A DNA stretch of 50,543 bases from Chthonomonadales bacterium (lineage in GTDB: Bacteria > Armatimonadota > Chthonomonadetes > Chthonomonadales > CAJBBX01). The notes beneath the pieces are model-generated. The model ran no database searches and was not told where the DNA came from. It saw only the letters and a program-made list of their open reading frames with translations. The stretch covers positions 1 through 50,543 of the forward strand of contig JBBIQU010000006.1 of assembly GCA_037442185.1 (NCBI GenBank), given 5' to 3'. A program made the translations under genes and the position numbers. Below are positions 9,837 through 18,458 of this stretch, in pieces (position 1 is the stretch's first letter; each line of letters starts with the position of its first letter).

Positions 9837-10208
9837 GTGACATCCATAGCCCTCGATTACGATGCGGATACCGACTGGCTCGGGATCTCGTTTGGCCGTC
9901 ATGACGGCCTCACGCGCGAGTTCGCCCTGAACGACCATATCACAGTCACGACCGACATTTCGGTAAGTCGCGTGGTCGGCCTGTCCTTCAGCGAATACGT
10001 TCGGATGCTCTTGGTCAGCGAAACCGAGTTCACGAACCTGCGCGATGAAGACCCCGAAGTTGTGCAGGACCTGCTGTATCTCATGTCGGTCCCGCCGGCG
10101 TCGCGACTGCTCGACCTTACGGACCCCGAGGGGTTGATCGCGCGAGTGTGCGCGCCGAGCATTGAAGCGATCGTGGACGATCGGGACACGGACTCGCCTC
10201 CATGGTAG
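9837..10208 (+). CDS. hypothetical protein (N-terminus resembles DUF2283)
   Basis: 123-aa ORF with a GTG start. The N-terminal LDYDADTDWLGISFG resembles the YD.E.D.LYI motif of DUF2283. The 3' end overlaps the dacB start by 7 nt. Confidence 0.5.
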   Translation: MTSIALDYDADTDWLGISFGRHDGLTREFALNDHITVTTDISVSRVVGLSFSEYVRMLLVSETEFTNLRDEDPEVVQDLLYLMSVPPASRLLDLTDPEGLIARVCAPSIEAIVDDRDTDSPPW

Positions 10209-11656
10209 GTCGGTTCCCGGCCTGTTGCCGGTCCATCGCGCTCGCGGTCTTTCTCGCATGCGTCGCCTTCCCAACGGGCGCAGACAGTCGGGCTGCGCTT
10301 ACGGCCGAGATTGACAACGCGCTCGCCGCACCGGCCATCCGAGGCGGAATCCAGTGCGTTCTCGTACGCTCGCTGGTCTCGGGCGAACTGTGGTACGAGC
10401 GCAATCCCGACATCTTGCTCATGCCTGCGTCCAACCAGAAGCTTCTGACATCCGCCGCGGCCCTGCACATTCTCGGCCCGGAGTTCCGGTTCACCACGCG
10501 GGTCCTGGCCGCCTCCGGGCCATCCCGTGACGGCGTGCTGCGAGGCGACATAGCGCTCAAGGGGAGTGGGGATCCGTTCCTTGACGACTCGGACGTTGTC
10601 GAGCTGGCCATGGCGATCCGTGCGCGAGGAGTCCGTGTCGTTACGGGGGGCGTGATCGGAGACGGTAGCGCGTTTGCTGACTCCGGGTACGGCGACGGTT
10701 GGGCCTGGGATGACATGACGTACTACTACTCCGTGCCGGTTAGCGGTTTGAACCTGAACTCGAACGTGATCCGGATCCGCGCCCTGCCTGGGCCACGCGT
10801 CGGGACGCCCGCAAAGATCGTCGTGACGCCGACGGAGTTGTACGCGGAGATTCGATCCAAGGTGACCACGGCCGCGAAAGGCGTCAAGCCGCGCCTATCG
10901 GTCTACCGCCATCTTGGCGCCGATATCGTTGATGTCTCGGGGCATGTCGCATTGGGAACGACGGCCGATGCTGCGCCGTCGGCGCCTGTGTCAGTTGAAA
11001 ACCCGCCCTTGTTCGCCGCGATGCGCTTGACTCAAGCGCTCCGATCATTGGGCGTGACCGTGAGCCGTGATGCCCGCACAGGGGTTGCCGGGCGAGGTCG
11101 CGCTACCGTCCTTGCGGAGCATCGAAGCCCGGCGCTGTCCGAGATGATCGCCCGACTGAACAAGCCTAGCGACAACCTCGCGGCCGAATGTCTCTTGCGG
11201 GCAGTAGGCGTTGCGAAGTCCGGTACCGGCTCGGTGGCCACGGGGCGCAAGGCTGCATTCGAATGGTTCAGCTCCATCGGGATGGAAACCGGCAGCTTGA
11301 TCATGATGGATGGGTCGGGTCTGTCCCGCCAGGACTACGTCACGGGACGCAACATCCTCGCGCTGCTTCAACACATGCACGAACATCCTCACGCCGCGGT
11401 TTTCCGGGCATCATTGCCCGTCGCGGGGGTGGACGGAACGCTCCGGAACAGGCTCAAGGACACGCCGGCAGCCGGCAACTGCGTGGCCAAGACCGGCTAT
11501 GTATCCAACGTGAGTTCGCTCAGTGGATACGTGAAAACGTCAGCCGGCGAGCCGCTCGTGTTTGTGATCCTGATGAACAACCATCCGTGTCGAAACGCGG
11601 AGGCGACCGGCGTACAGGATCGGATCGTTCGCGCCCTGGCGTCCTATCGGCCGTAG
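10202..11656 (+). CDS. dacB: D-alanyl-D-alanine carboxypeptidase/endopeptidase (PBP4, peptidase S13)
   Basis: Signal-peptide-like N-terminus, SxxK motif (PASNQKLLTSAAAL), KTG motif (VAKTGYV) and a length typical of the PBP4/DacB family. Confidence 0.9.
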   Translation: MVGRFPACCRSIALAVFLACVAFPTGADSRAALTAEIDNALAAPAIRGGIQCVLVRSLVSGELWYERNPDILLMPASNQKLLTSAAALHILGPEFRFTTRVLAASGPSRDGVLRGDIALKGSGDPFLDDSDVVELAMAIRARGVRVVTGGVIGDGSAFADSGYGDGWAWDDMTYYYSVPVSGLNLNSNVIRIRALPGPRVGTPAKIVVTPTELYAEIRSKVTTAAKGVKPRLSVYRHLGADIVDVSGHVALGTTADAAPSAPVSVENPPLFAAMRLTQALRSLGVTVSRDARTGVAGRGRATVLAEHRSPALSEMIARLNKPSDNLAAECLLRAVGVAKSGTGSVATGRKAAFEWFSSIGMETGSLIMMDGSGLSRQDYVTGRNILALLQHMHEHPHAAVFRASLPVAGVDGTLRNRLKDTPAAGNCVAKTGYVSNVSSLSGYVKTSAGEPLVFVILMNNHPCRNAEATGVQDRIVRALASYRP

Positions 11657-11664
11657 CGCGACGG

Positions 11665-12756
11665 CTAAGATATCTCGAGCATGCGCTGAAGTGACAGGAG
11701 CGCATCCGCCTTGATGTCAGGCGGTACGGACACCTGGTTGACGATCGTGCCGGCTGCCACATTCTCCAATGACCACGTGAGATAGCGCGGATGTATCCTG
11801 TACATGGTGCTGCAGGGGCAAACGATCGGATCCAAACAGAATACCGTCCGGTCGGGCATCTCGTCCTGAAGGCGGCGCACAAGGTTGATCTCCGTGCCGA
11901 CCGCCCAGACTGATCCCGGTTCGGATGCGCGCACTTGCTGAATGATGAACTCGGTGGAACCGAAGAGGTCAGCGGCCTTGACGACATCGAGCGAGCATTC
12001 GGGATGGACAATCACGCGGGCGTTCGGATACTGCGCTCGCGCTTGCTGGACTTGCTCGACGGTGAAGCGCTGGTGGACGCTGCAGTGGCCCTTCCAGAGG
12101 ATGACGCGAGCTCTCTTCAGCGCTTCAGGTTCCAATCCGCCTAGCCGCAAGGCGGGGTCCCAGAGCGCCATGTCACGATCCGGATCGAAACCCATGGCGT
12201 ACGCAGTATTGCGCCCCAGGTGCTGGTCAGGGAAGAAGAACGCTTTGTCGGCGTTCGACAGCGCGTGTGTGAGGACCTTGCGCGCGTTTGTCGAGGTGCA
12301 GCATGCTCCGCCATGCCGGCCAACGAACGCCTTCAGACTCGCGGCCGAGTTGACGTACGTTATTGGCATGACCGTCGAGCTGCCGATCGTTTCGTGTATC
12401 TGAGCCCAAGCGCTCTCGACCTCGGAAAGACGGGCCATGTCGGCAAGCGAGCACCCGGCAGACATGTTCGGCAGCACGACGACCTGGTTGTCACGTGTGA
12501 GTATGTCGGCAGACTCGGCCATGAAGTGCACTCCGCAGAACACGAACAGGTCAGCCTGTCGTTCGTCGGCTGCGAGTTGCGACAGCTTCAGCGAGTCGCC
12601 ACGATAATCGGCCCAACGGATTATCTCGTCGCGCTGATAGTGGTGCCCGAGAATGATGAGGCGTGATCCCAAAGTGGACTTGGCGCGCCCGATGCGCTCG
12701 GCGCACTCTTCGGGACTTAGCTGCATGTACTCAACCGGAAGCGGAGCTTGGAACAT
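11665..12756 (-). CDS. nadA: quinolinate synthase
   Basis: LIILGHHYQRDEII, FCGVHFMAESADIL, CSLADM and HPEC segments are characteristic of NadA. Confidence 0.95.
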   Translation of the reverse strand: MFQAPLPVEYMQLSPEECAERIGRAKSTLGSRLIILGHHYQRDEIIRWADYRGDSLKLSQLAADERQADLFVFCGVHFMAESADILTRDNQVVVLPNMSAGCSLADMARLSEVESAWAQIHETIGSSTVMPITYVNSAASLKAFVGRHGGACCTSTNARKVLTHALSNADKAFFFPDQHLGRNTAYAMGFDPDRDMALWDPALRLGGLEPEALKRARVILWKGHCSVHQRFTVEQVQQARAQYPNARVIVHPECSLDVVKAADLFGSTEFIIQQVRASEPGSVWAVGTEINLVRRLQDEMPDRTVFCLDPIVCPCSTMYRIHPRYLTWSLENVAAGTIVNQVSVPPDIKADALLSLQRMLEIS

Positions 12757-12824
12757 GGTTCACACAGGTCTTTCGCGAGAGTAGTTACCTATCACTACGA
12801 AGCGCTCATTGACTGCGTTATCGG

Positions 12825-13634
12825 CTACTCCACGACGGCGCCGAACCGTCGCGTTCGACCGGCATAGGCCTGAAGCGCCTCGCGCAGGAGTTCTGGGGAG
12901 AAGTCGGGCCACAGCACCGGCGTTACCCATATCTCCGAGTAGGCCGATTGCCAGAGCAGGAAGTTCGATAGCCGCAGTTCTCCGGCCGTTCTGATGAGCA
13001 GATCGGGATCGGGGATATCCGGGGCGTAGAGGCATTTCGCAATCACACTCTCCGTGATGTCCGACGGATCAACGTTGCCTCTCAGAACATCCGCGGTGAT
13101 CCTGCGAACTGCATCCGTTATCTCGGCGCGTCCACCATAGTTGATCGCCAGTGTGAAGGTCATGCGCGTGTAGCCTTCAGTCAGCGCCATTGCATCCTCG
13201 AACGCACTGCGCAACGCGTCGGGCAACTCAGCCGTTCGGCCGATTACGCGCACCCGAATGCCGTTCCTAACCAGCTCCTCAATCTCGGCGCGCATGGCGG
13301 CATGCATGAGGGCCATCAGTCCGCTTACCTCGCCCTCAGGCCGTCGCCAGTTCTCCGACGAAAACCCATAGACGGTCAGGAATCTGATGCCTAGCTCGTC
13401 GGCGGCATAGACAATACGTCTGAGGGTCTTGTATCCCTGCCAATGGCCTTCGTTTCGTTCCAGCCCTCGGGCGCGCGCCCATCGGCCGTTGCCGTCCATG
13501 ATGATGGCAACGTGAGCAGGCGGTGCAGGCTCGGCTACCGACATGGGATGGACTGGTACGGTTCCCGCCGATCGGCAAGGCGACGAGACTGCCTCCGTCG
13601 GCGACCGACGTGATACATCGGGCATTGGAGGCAA
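12825..13634 (-). CDS. uppS: isoprenyl transferase (undecaprenyl diphosphate synthase)
   Basis: HVAIIMDGNGRWA, FLTVYGFSSENWRRP and RLSNFLLWQSAYSE motifs. The start is uncertain. In-frame ATGs at 13625 and 13544 are alternatives to the TTG at 13634. Confidence 0.9.
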   Translation of the reverse strand: MPPMPDVSRRSPTEAVSSPCRSAGTVPVHPMSVAEPAPPAHVAIIMDGNGRWARARGLERNEGHWQGYKTLRRIVYAADELGIRFLTVYGFSSENWRRPEGEVSGLMALMHAAMRAEIEELVRNGIRVRVIGRTAELPDALRSAFEDAMALTEGYTRMTFTLAINYGGRAEITDAVRRITADVLRGNVDPSDITESVIAKCLYAPDIPDPDLLIRTAGELRLSNFLLWQSAYSEIWVTPVLWPDFSPELLREALQAYAGRTRRFGAVVE

Positions 13635-13686
13635 GACTGGGCGCTCTGCGCCCCTCTGTTGGGAAACGCCGTGCGCCCGCGCATCC

Positions 13687-14247
13687 TCAGACCTCGAGAA
13701 GCTCCTGCTCCTTGACCTTTCCGGACTTGTCTATGTCTGCGATATACTTGTCCGTTAGCTTCTGGAGCTTCTCCTGGGCTCGTTTCTCCTCGTCCTCTCC
13801 GCACTCCTTGTTTTTGGTCAGCGCTCGAAGATGGTTGAGACAATCGTGGCGAATGTTGCGAATGGCCGCATGACCAGCCTCGATCTTCTTATGGAGAAGC
13901 TTGATGAACTCCTTGCGGCGCTCTTCGGTCAACGGGGGAATGTTCAGCCGTATGGTCGTCCCGTCATTGATCGGGGTCAGGTTGACGTCGGATTTCTGGA
14001 TGCCCTTTTCGATGGCTGCCAGATTGTTGCGGTCGAAGGGCGTGATCAGGAGCTGCCGAGGATCGGGAACCGTGACGGTGGCGACCTGCTGAAGCGGCAT
14101 ATCAGCGCCGTAGGCGGTCACGATTACGTGTTCCAACATGGCAGGATTGGCTCTGCCCGTGCGGATGAGCGTGAACTCATGTCGGGTGGCCTCTACGCTC
14201 TTGGCCATCTTGCTTTCCGCTGACTGCAGTAGTTCGTTGACCGGCAT
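13687..14247 (-). CDS. frr: ribosome recycling factor
   Basis: Full-length Frr-like sequence (...VEATRHEFTLIRTGRANPAMLE...LTEERRKEFIK...) in the conserved pyrH-frr position. Confidence 0.97.
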   Translation of the reverse strand: MPVNELLQSAESKMAKSVEATRHEFTLIRTGRANPAMLEHVIVTAYGADMPLQQVATVTVPDPRQLLITPFDRNNLAAIEKGIQKSDVNLTPINDGTTIRLNIPPLTEERRKEFIKLLHKKIEAGHAAIRNIRHDCLNHLRALTKNKECGEDEEKRAQEKLQKLTDKYIADIDKSGKVKEQELLEV

Positions 14248-14249
14248 CT

Positions 14250-14966
14250 CTACCTCCTTACGATCGTGCCAACACCATCATTCAAGATGGCGTCCTTGAC
14301 ACTTCCCGGACGGCTCACGTCGAACACCACTATCGGCAGCGCGTGCTCCTCGCATAGAGCGAACGCAGCCACGTCCATGACGCGAAGCCGCTTCTCGATA
14401 CACTCTTGATACGTGACCTCCGTGAACCTTCGCGCGGCGGGATCGGTTCGCGGGTCGCGGTCGTAAACTCCACCAACATTGGTGGCTTTGAGGACGGCTC
14501 CCGCCCCGATCTCGAGCGCGCGAAGAGCTGCCGCGGTGTCGGTCGAGAAGAACGGGTTGCCTGTTCCTCCCGCCATGATCACGACACGTCCCTTTTCCAG
14601 GTGCCGAATGGCGCGACGCCTGATGAACGGCTCTGCGATTTCGGTCATAGCAATGGCCGTCTGAACCCTCGTGGCGACTCCCAGCTTCTCGAGAGCGTCT
14701 TGCATGGCAATCGCGTTCTGAACGGTGGCCAGCATGCCCATGTGGTCGGCAGCGACTCGCTGCATGCCCGATCCGGCAGCGATCTGCCCGCGGAGAACGT
14801 TGCCGCCGCCCACGACGACGGCCATCTCGACACCTGTGGCTGCGGCATCTGCGATCTCGCCCGCCAGGCGCGAGATCGCAGACGCATCGAAGCCGAACCC
14901 CTGTCCACCCGCCAGCGCCTCACCTGAGAGCTTCAGCAGCACCCGGCTCCAGCGCGGACCAGGCAT
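14250..14966 (-). CDS. pyrH: UMP kinase
   Basis: VLLKLSGEAL, VVGGGN and MAGGTGNPFFSTDTAAALRA motifs. Confidence 0.97.
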   Translation of the reverse strand: MPGPRWSRVLLKLSGEALAGGQGFGFDASAISRLAGEIADAAATGVEMAVVVGGGNVLRGQIAAGSGMQRVAADHMGMLATVQNAIAMQDALEKLGVATRVQTAIAMTEIAEPFIRRRAIRHLEKGRVVIMAGGTGNPFFSTDTAAALRALEIGAGAVLKATNVGGVYDRDPRTDPAARRFTEVTYQECIEKRLRVMDVAAFALCEEHALPIVVFDVSRPGSVKDAILNDGVGTIVRR

Positions 14967-15812
14967 CTATTCCTGCCCCACGATCAGGAGGCGGAATGCG
15001 ACCGGCTTGACGCCGGCCTCCGCGAGCATCTGCCCGACGGTCTTGGACGGATCACGCACGAAGGGCTGGTCCACGAGGCACACCTGCTCATAGAACTTGC
15101 CTACGCGCCCCTCGACGATCTTCGGAATGGCCGCCTCGGGCTTGCCCTCAAGTCGCGTCTTCTCGGCCATGACCTGTCGCTCATGTTCGAGCACGTCCGC
15201 TGGGACATCCTCGCGCGACAGGTATTGGGGCTTGGATGCCGCTATGTGCATCGCTGCGTTGCGCGCCGCCTCTTGTTGTGCTTCGTTCGAGCTGTCGCCC
15301 AACACGGACAGAATGACAGCGATCTTGTTCGTCACCCGGTGGGCATAGATTGCGACGAACCCGCCGGATTCGGCTTCGACAACACAGCTCCGACGCACGA
15401 CGATGTTCTCGCGGAGACGCGAGACGAGTCCGTCCATCAGATCGCGAACCGGGACTCCCTCCGTCGTCGAGGCGGCCATCAACGCATCCACATCGGGCGC
15501 TCCCGTGGCCGCAGCAACGTCGGCGAGCGTCTGGGCAACCTGCCGGAACTCTTCGTTCCTCGCTACAAAGTCCGTCTCGCAACACAGCTCCACGAGAGCT
15601 GCGCGGGTCCCATTCGTCGCAACCGCGGCGACGCCTTCGCTAGTGGCGCGCCCCGCGCGTTTCTCGGCTCCGGCCTGGCCCCGCACGCGCAGGAGATCCA
15701 ACGCCTTGTCGAGATCACCGTTGCACTCCACCAGGGCCTTCTTGCATTCCATCATTCCGACGCCGGTCTGCTCACGGAGTCGGCTCACCATCTGGGCAGT
15801 TATCTCCATCAT
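14967..15812 (-). CDS. tsf: translation elongation factor Ts
   Basis: ITAQMVSRLREQTGVGMMECKKALVECNGDLDKALDLLR is the N-terminal UBA-like EF-Ts signature. The gene sits in the rpsB-tsf synteny. Confidence 0.97.
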   Translation of the reverse strand: MMEITAQMVSRLREQTGVGMMECKKALVECNGDLDKALDLLRVRGQAGAEKRAGRATSEGVAAVATNGTRAALVELCCETDFVARNEEFRQVAQTLADVAAATGAPDVDALMAASTTEGVPVRDLMDGLVSRLRENIVVRRSCVVEAESGGFVAIYAHRVTNKIAVILSVLGDSSNEAQQEAARNAAMHIAASKPQYLSREDVPADVLEHERQVMAEKTRLEGKPEAAIPKIVEGRVGKFYEQVCLVDQPFVRDPSKTVGQMLAEAGVKPVAFRLLIVGQE

Positions 15813-15883
15813 TGCTCCTCTATGGCGCAGCGGTCCGTGCCTATGGCCGGACCTCAGCCGCGCGCAACGGGTTGTGTGGGCGT

Positions 15884-16750
15884 TCAGACTTCGTCGTCAA
15901 TGTTCTCGCGAAGCCGCACGCTCTCCCCAACGCGCCGCGCCATCGCGGCGTATTCATCTTCCTCGTCGCCCAGGATCACGCTGTCCTCTTCGATATCCGG
16001 AGCGGTCGTGATGTCGGCAACGGCTTCCTCGACAGTGGTAACAGGCGCCTCAGCTTCGCGATCCCACTGCTCCTGCTTGACCTCGATGACGGCATCGGCG
16101 ATCTTGCCACAGATGAGCTTGATGGCCCTGATGGCATCATCGTTGCCGGGGATGACGAAGTCCACCTCGTCCGGGTCGCAGTTCGTGTCCACGATGGCAA
16201 TCACGGGGATGCCAAGCTTCCTGGCTTCGGCCACGGCGATGTGCTCTTTCTTCAGGTCCACCACGAAGACGGCTTGGGGAAGACGCGCCATGTTCTTGAT
16301 CCCGCCGAGATAGCGCTCCAGTCGCTGGCGCTCTTCAAGCAGACCCTTGGCCTCCTTCTTGGTGAGCTTTTCGAGGATGCCTTTGGCCTCCATCTCGTGG
16401 AGTTCCGCGAGCCGCTGAACGCGGGTCTGGATGGTTCGATAGTTGGTCAGCATGCCGCCAAGCCAGCGCTGGTTGACGTAGTACTGGCGACACCTCTTGG
16501 CGGACTCTTCGATGGCGTCCTGAGCTTGCTTCTTGGTGCCTACGAAGAGGAGGGTGCCGCCTGCCTGCATGGTTTCCTGCACAAAGCGTTGCGCGGCGTC
16601 GAAGAGCTTGAGGGTCTGGTGCAGGTCAATGATGTAAATGCCGTTGCGCGCCCCGTAGATGTACCGCTTCATCTTCGGGTTCCAGCGGCGCGTCTGGTGA
16701 CCGAAGTGAACTCCTGCTTCGAGGAGTTCCTTCATCGTGATTGCTGCCAC
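15884..16750 (-). CDS. rpsB: 30S ribosomal protein S2
   Basis: [38 protein letters not shown]. The GTG start is preceded by GGGAGGT. There is an acidic C-terminal extension. Confidence 0.97.
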   Translation of the reverse strand: MAAITMKELLEAGVHFGHQTRRWNPKMKRYIYGARNGIYIIDLHQTLKLFDAAQRFVQETMQAGGTLLFVGTKKQAQDAIEESAKRCRQYYVNQRWLGGMLTNYRTIQTRVQRLAELHEMEAKGILEKLTKKEAKGLLEERQRLERYLGGIKNMARLPQAVFVVDLKKEHIAVAEARKLGIPVIAIVDTNCDPDEVDFVIPGNDDAIRAIKLICGKIADAVIEVKQEQWDREAEAPVTTVEEAVADITTAPDIEEDSVILGDEEDEYAAMARRVGESVRLRENIDDEV

Positions 16751-16863
16751 GTAGCTACCTCCCGGTTTGTGCCTCCCGGCGAGTGTGCGGGGAGCAGCAC
16801 GCCCTGACGGACGCGACCCTGCTGACCCTGATCGCCGGTGTGTGATGGCGTCTTAGCCGCGAG

Positions 16864-16892
16864 AGTATACCCGACCGAGGTTCCGTCGGCAA
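16864..16892 (-). promoter_or_regulatory. candidate sigma70-type promoter of the rpsB operon
   Basis: On the minus strand: TTGCCG (16892-16887), 17-nt spacer, TATACT (16869-16864). This leaves a leader of about 110 nt that contains a duplicated CCGGGAGG element. It may be an S2 autoregulatory leader, but that is not demonstrated. Confidence 0.4.
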
Positions 16893-16972
16893 CGGCGGTC
16901 CGCACAACGCAGCAATCGAGCGCAACCCTGTGCCATGTGGTACCGTAGTAGTCCCCGAGGGATGAAGATCAT

Positions 16973-18262
16973 ATGTCGTCGGCGCATGAGCTGATAGAGG
17001 CAGGATTGGCCCACGGTCGGGGCGAGCGATGGTCTGACGCTGCGGATTGCTTCAGGCGCGCGGTCGCGCGCGATCGTGACAGCGCCGAGGCCGCGTTCCG
17101 ACTTGGATGGGCTTTGTGGCACCTGTCAAGGGAACAGGAGCCCACATTCGCGGACCTGAGCATCGGCTACCTGGCGCAGATCGCGGGCGTGGAGCCGATC
17201 GCCAGGTCGCGCGCCCGCAAGTTCGGCGCTCACAAGCGTCTGCTGAACGAGGCGGCCCATTGGCTTCGGGAGGCTCTGGCCCGTGCCCCGGATGATGCTC
17301 GCGCTCACTATTATCTGGCCCGGACAATGAAGCGGTTGGGCTATCAGGACGATGCGGTTGAAATGGCGCGTCGAGCCTCGGAGATAGAGCCGGACAATCA
17401 GCGCTATGCCTCGCTGGTGGCCTCGCTCTCCGGCGGTCCCATTGACCCTCTCCGGCAGGTACTGGCAGGCCCTGAACCACGGGAACCTGCGCGGCGTCCG
17501 TTGACCTGGGACGACGTCATTCTCTCACCTCGTACCAAGCGTGAGCTTAGGCAGGTCCAGTTGATGCTTGAGAAGCCCGATACGGCTCGCGAGCTTGGCG
17601 TGGACCCTCCGACCGGCATTCTGCTCAAGGGCGCGCCGGGTACGGGGAAGACTACGATCGCGCGCATACTCGCCGACGAGGCCAAGTGCCGCTTCTTCAG
17701 CATCACGCCTGCCGACATCAACCAGATGTTCGTCGGCGAGTCCGAGAAGCGCGTACGTGACCTCTTCGCCGAGGCACGCTCTGCCGCGCCGTCCATCATC
17801 TTCATTGATGAGATTGACGCCCTTCTGCCTGCTCGCCAGGGGGGCATCGCCGTACACTATGACAAGATCGTGAACCAGTTCCTTCAGGAAATGGACGGCA
17901 TGACCCCCAACCAGCGCGTTCTCATCGTCGGCGCCACCAACCGCGAGGACATGTTGGACCCGGCCGTTAGGCGCGGAGGTCGGCTGTCACGCGAGATCGA
18001 GATACCCATGCCCGATCAGGACGGCAGGCTCGCTCTGCTCAACCTCTTCACCCGCGGCGTCAAGCTTGGGAGCGATGTTGACCTGGTTGAGATTGCCTCC
18101 ACGTGTGAGGGATGGAGCGGCGCCGACCTCAAGGCTCTGGTCAATGAAGCCGGCCTTCAGGCGCTCATACGCATCGAGGACGGCAACGGTGAAGGCCAGG
18201 AGCGCCGCCTGGTCGCCTCGGATTTCGCGGAAGCCCGAGCGGCCCTTGAGGGCAACGGATGA
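16973..18262 (+). CDS. TPR-repeat / AAA+ ATPase fusion protein (classical FtsH/CDC48-type AAA module, no protease domain)
   Basis: The N-terminal half has TPR-like repeats (AHYYLARTMKRLGYQDDAVEMARRASEIEPDN). The C-terminal half has Walker A GAPGTGKTT, Walker B IIFIDEIDAL and a second region of homology ATNREDMLDPAVRRGGRLSREIEI. Confidence 0.8.
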   Translation: MSSAHELIEAGLAHGRGERWSDAADCFRRAVARDRDSAEAAFRLGWALWHLSREQEPTFADLSIGYLAQIAGVEPIARSRARKFGAHKRLLNEAAHWLREALARAPDDARAHYYLARTMKRLGYQDDAVEMARRASEIEPDNQRYASLVASLSGGPIDPLRQVLAGPEPREPARRPLTWDDVILSPRTKRELRQVQLMLEKPDTARELGVDPPTGILLKGAPGTGKTTIARILADEAKCRFFSITPADINQMFVGESEKRVRDLFAEARSAAPSIIFIDEIDALLPARQGGIAVHYDKIVNQFLQEMDGMTPNQRVLIVGATNREDMLDPAVRRGGRLSREIEIPMPDQDGRLALLNLFTRGVKLGSDVDLVEIASTCEGWSGADLKALVNEAGLQALIRIEDGNGEGQERRLVASDFAEARAALEGNG

Positions 18263-18277
18263 CGCAAGCCCCGGCGG

Positions 18278-18306
18278 TTGACGCCGACAAACGGCGCTTG
18301 TATACT
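18278..18306 (+). promoter_or_regulatory. near-consensus sigma70-type promoter upstream of the tRNA-like gene (and possibly the trp operon)
   Basis: TTGACG (18278-18283), exactly 17-nt spacer, TATACT (18301-18306). This is a conspicuous AT-rich match in a GC-rich background, about 40 nt upstream of the tRNA 5' end. Confidence 0.5.
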
Positions 18307-18347
18307 CACCCAGGCAACGCCCGGGGCCGCACCTGTTAGAGTTTGGC

Positions 18348-18421
18348 GCCCTGGTAGTCCAACCGGCAGAGACAAGCGACTTAAAATCGCTGAAGTGTGG
18401 GTTCGAATCCCACCCAGGGCA
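18348..18421 (+). tRNA. tRNA-like gene, anticodon UAA (Leu by anticodon) with atypical short variable loop
   Basis: Hand-folded 74-nt cloverleaf:
- Acceptor GCCCTGG/CCAGGGC.
- D stem GTC/GAC with loop CAACCGGCAGA.
- Anticodon stem AGCGA/TCGCT with loop CTTAAAA.
- 5-nt variable loop GAAGT.
- T arm GTGGG-TTCGAAT-CCCAC.
- Discriminator A; CCA not encoded.
The identity is doubtful because the class II long arm is absent (see findings). Confidence 0.75.
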
Positions 18422-18458
18422 CACCGGAGAGTACCCACCGGCCATCGTATCTGAGACC

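Noticed and set aside
12757-12824. Possible NAD-regulator (NiaR/NrtR-type) operator upstream of nadA
   Set aside because: I could find no clear palindrome. The AT-richer stretch may simply be promoter sequence, and the evidence is insufficient to call.
15183-16807. 376-aa and 331-aa plus-strand ORFs opposite tsf and rpsB
   Set aside because: They are antisense shadows of two universally conserved genes, with low-complexity Ser/Ala/Arg-rich translations.
18307-18421. CACCCAGGCA (18307-18316) resembling the tRNA 3' end CACCCAGGGCA (18411-18421) as a possible att-site duplication
   Set aside because: It is only about 10 nt, lies upstream rather than flanking an insert, and there is no integrase or foreign DNA between the copies. 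Chance similarity is likely.
18422-18458. Trp attenuator leader peptide, T-box or TRAP-binding repeats upstream of trpE
   Set aside because: Only 37 nt separate the tRNA-like gene from the trpE ATG. This is too short for any of these elements, and there are no tandem Trp codons or (G/U)AG repeats.
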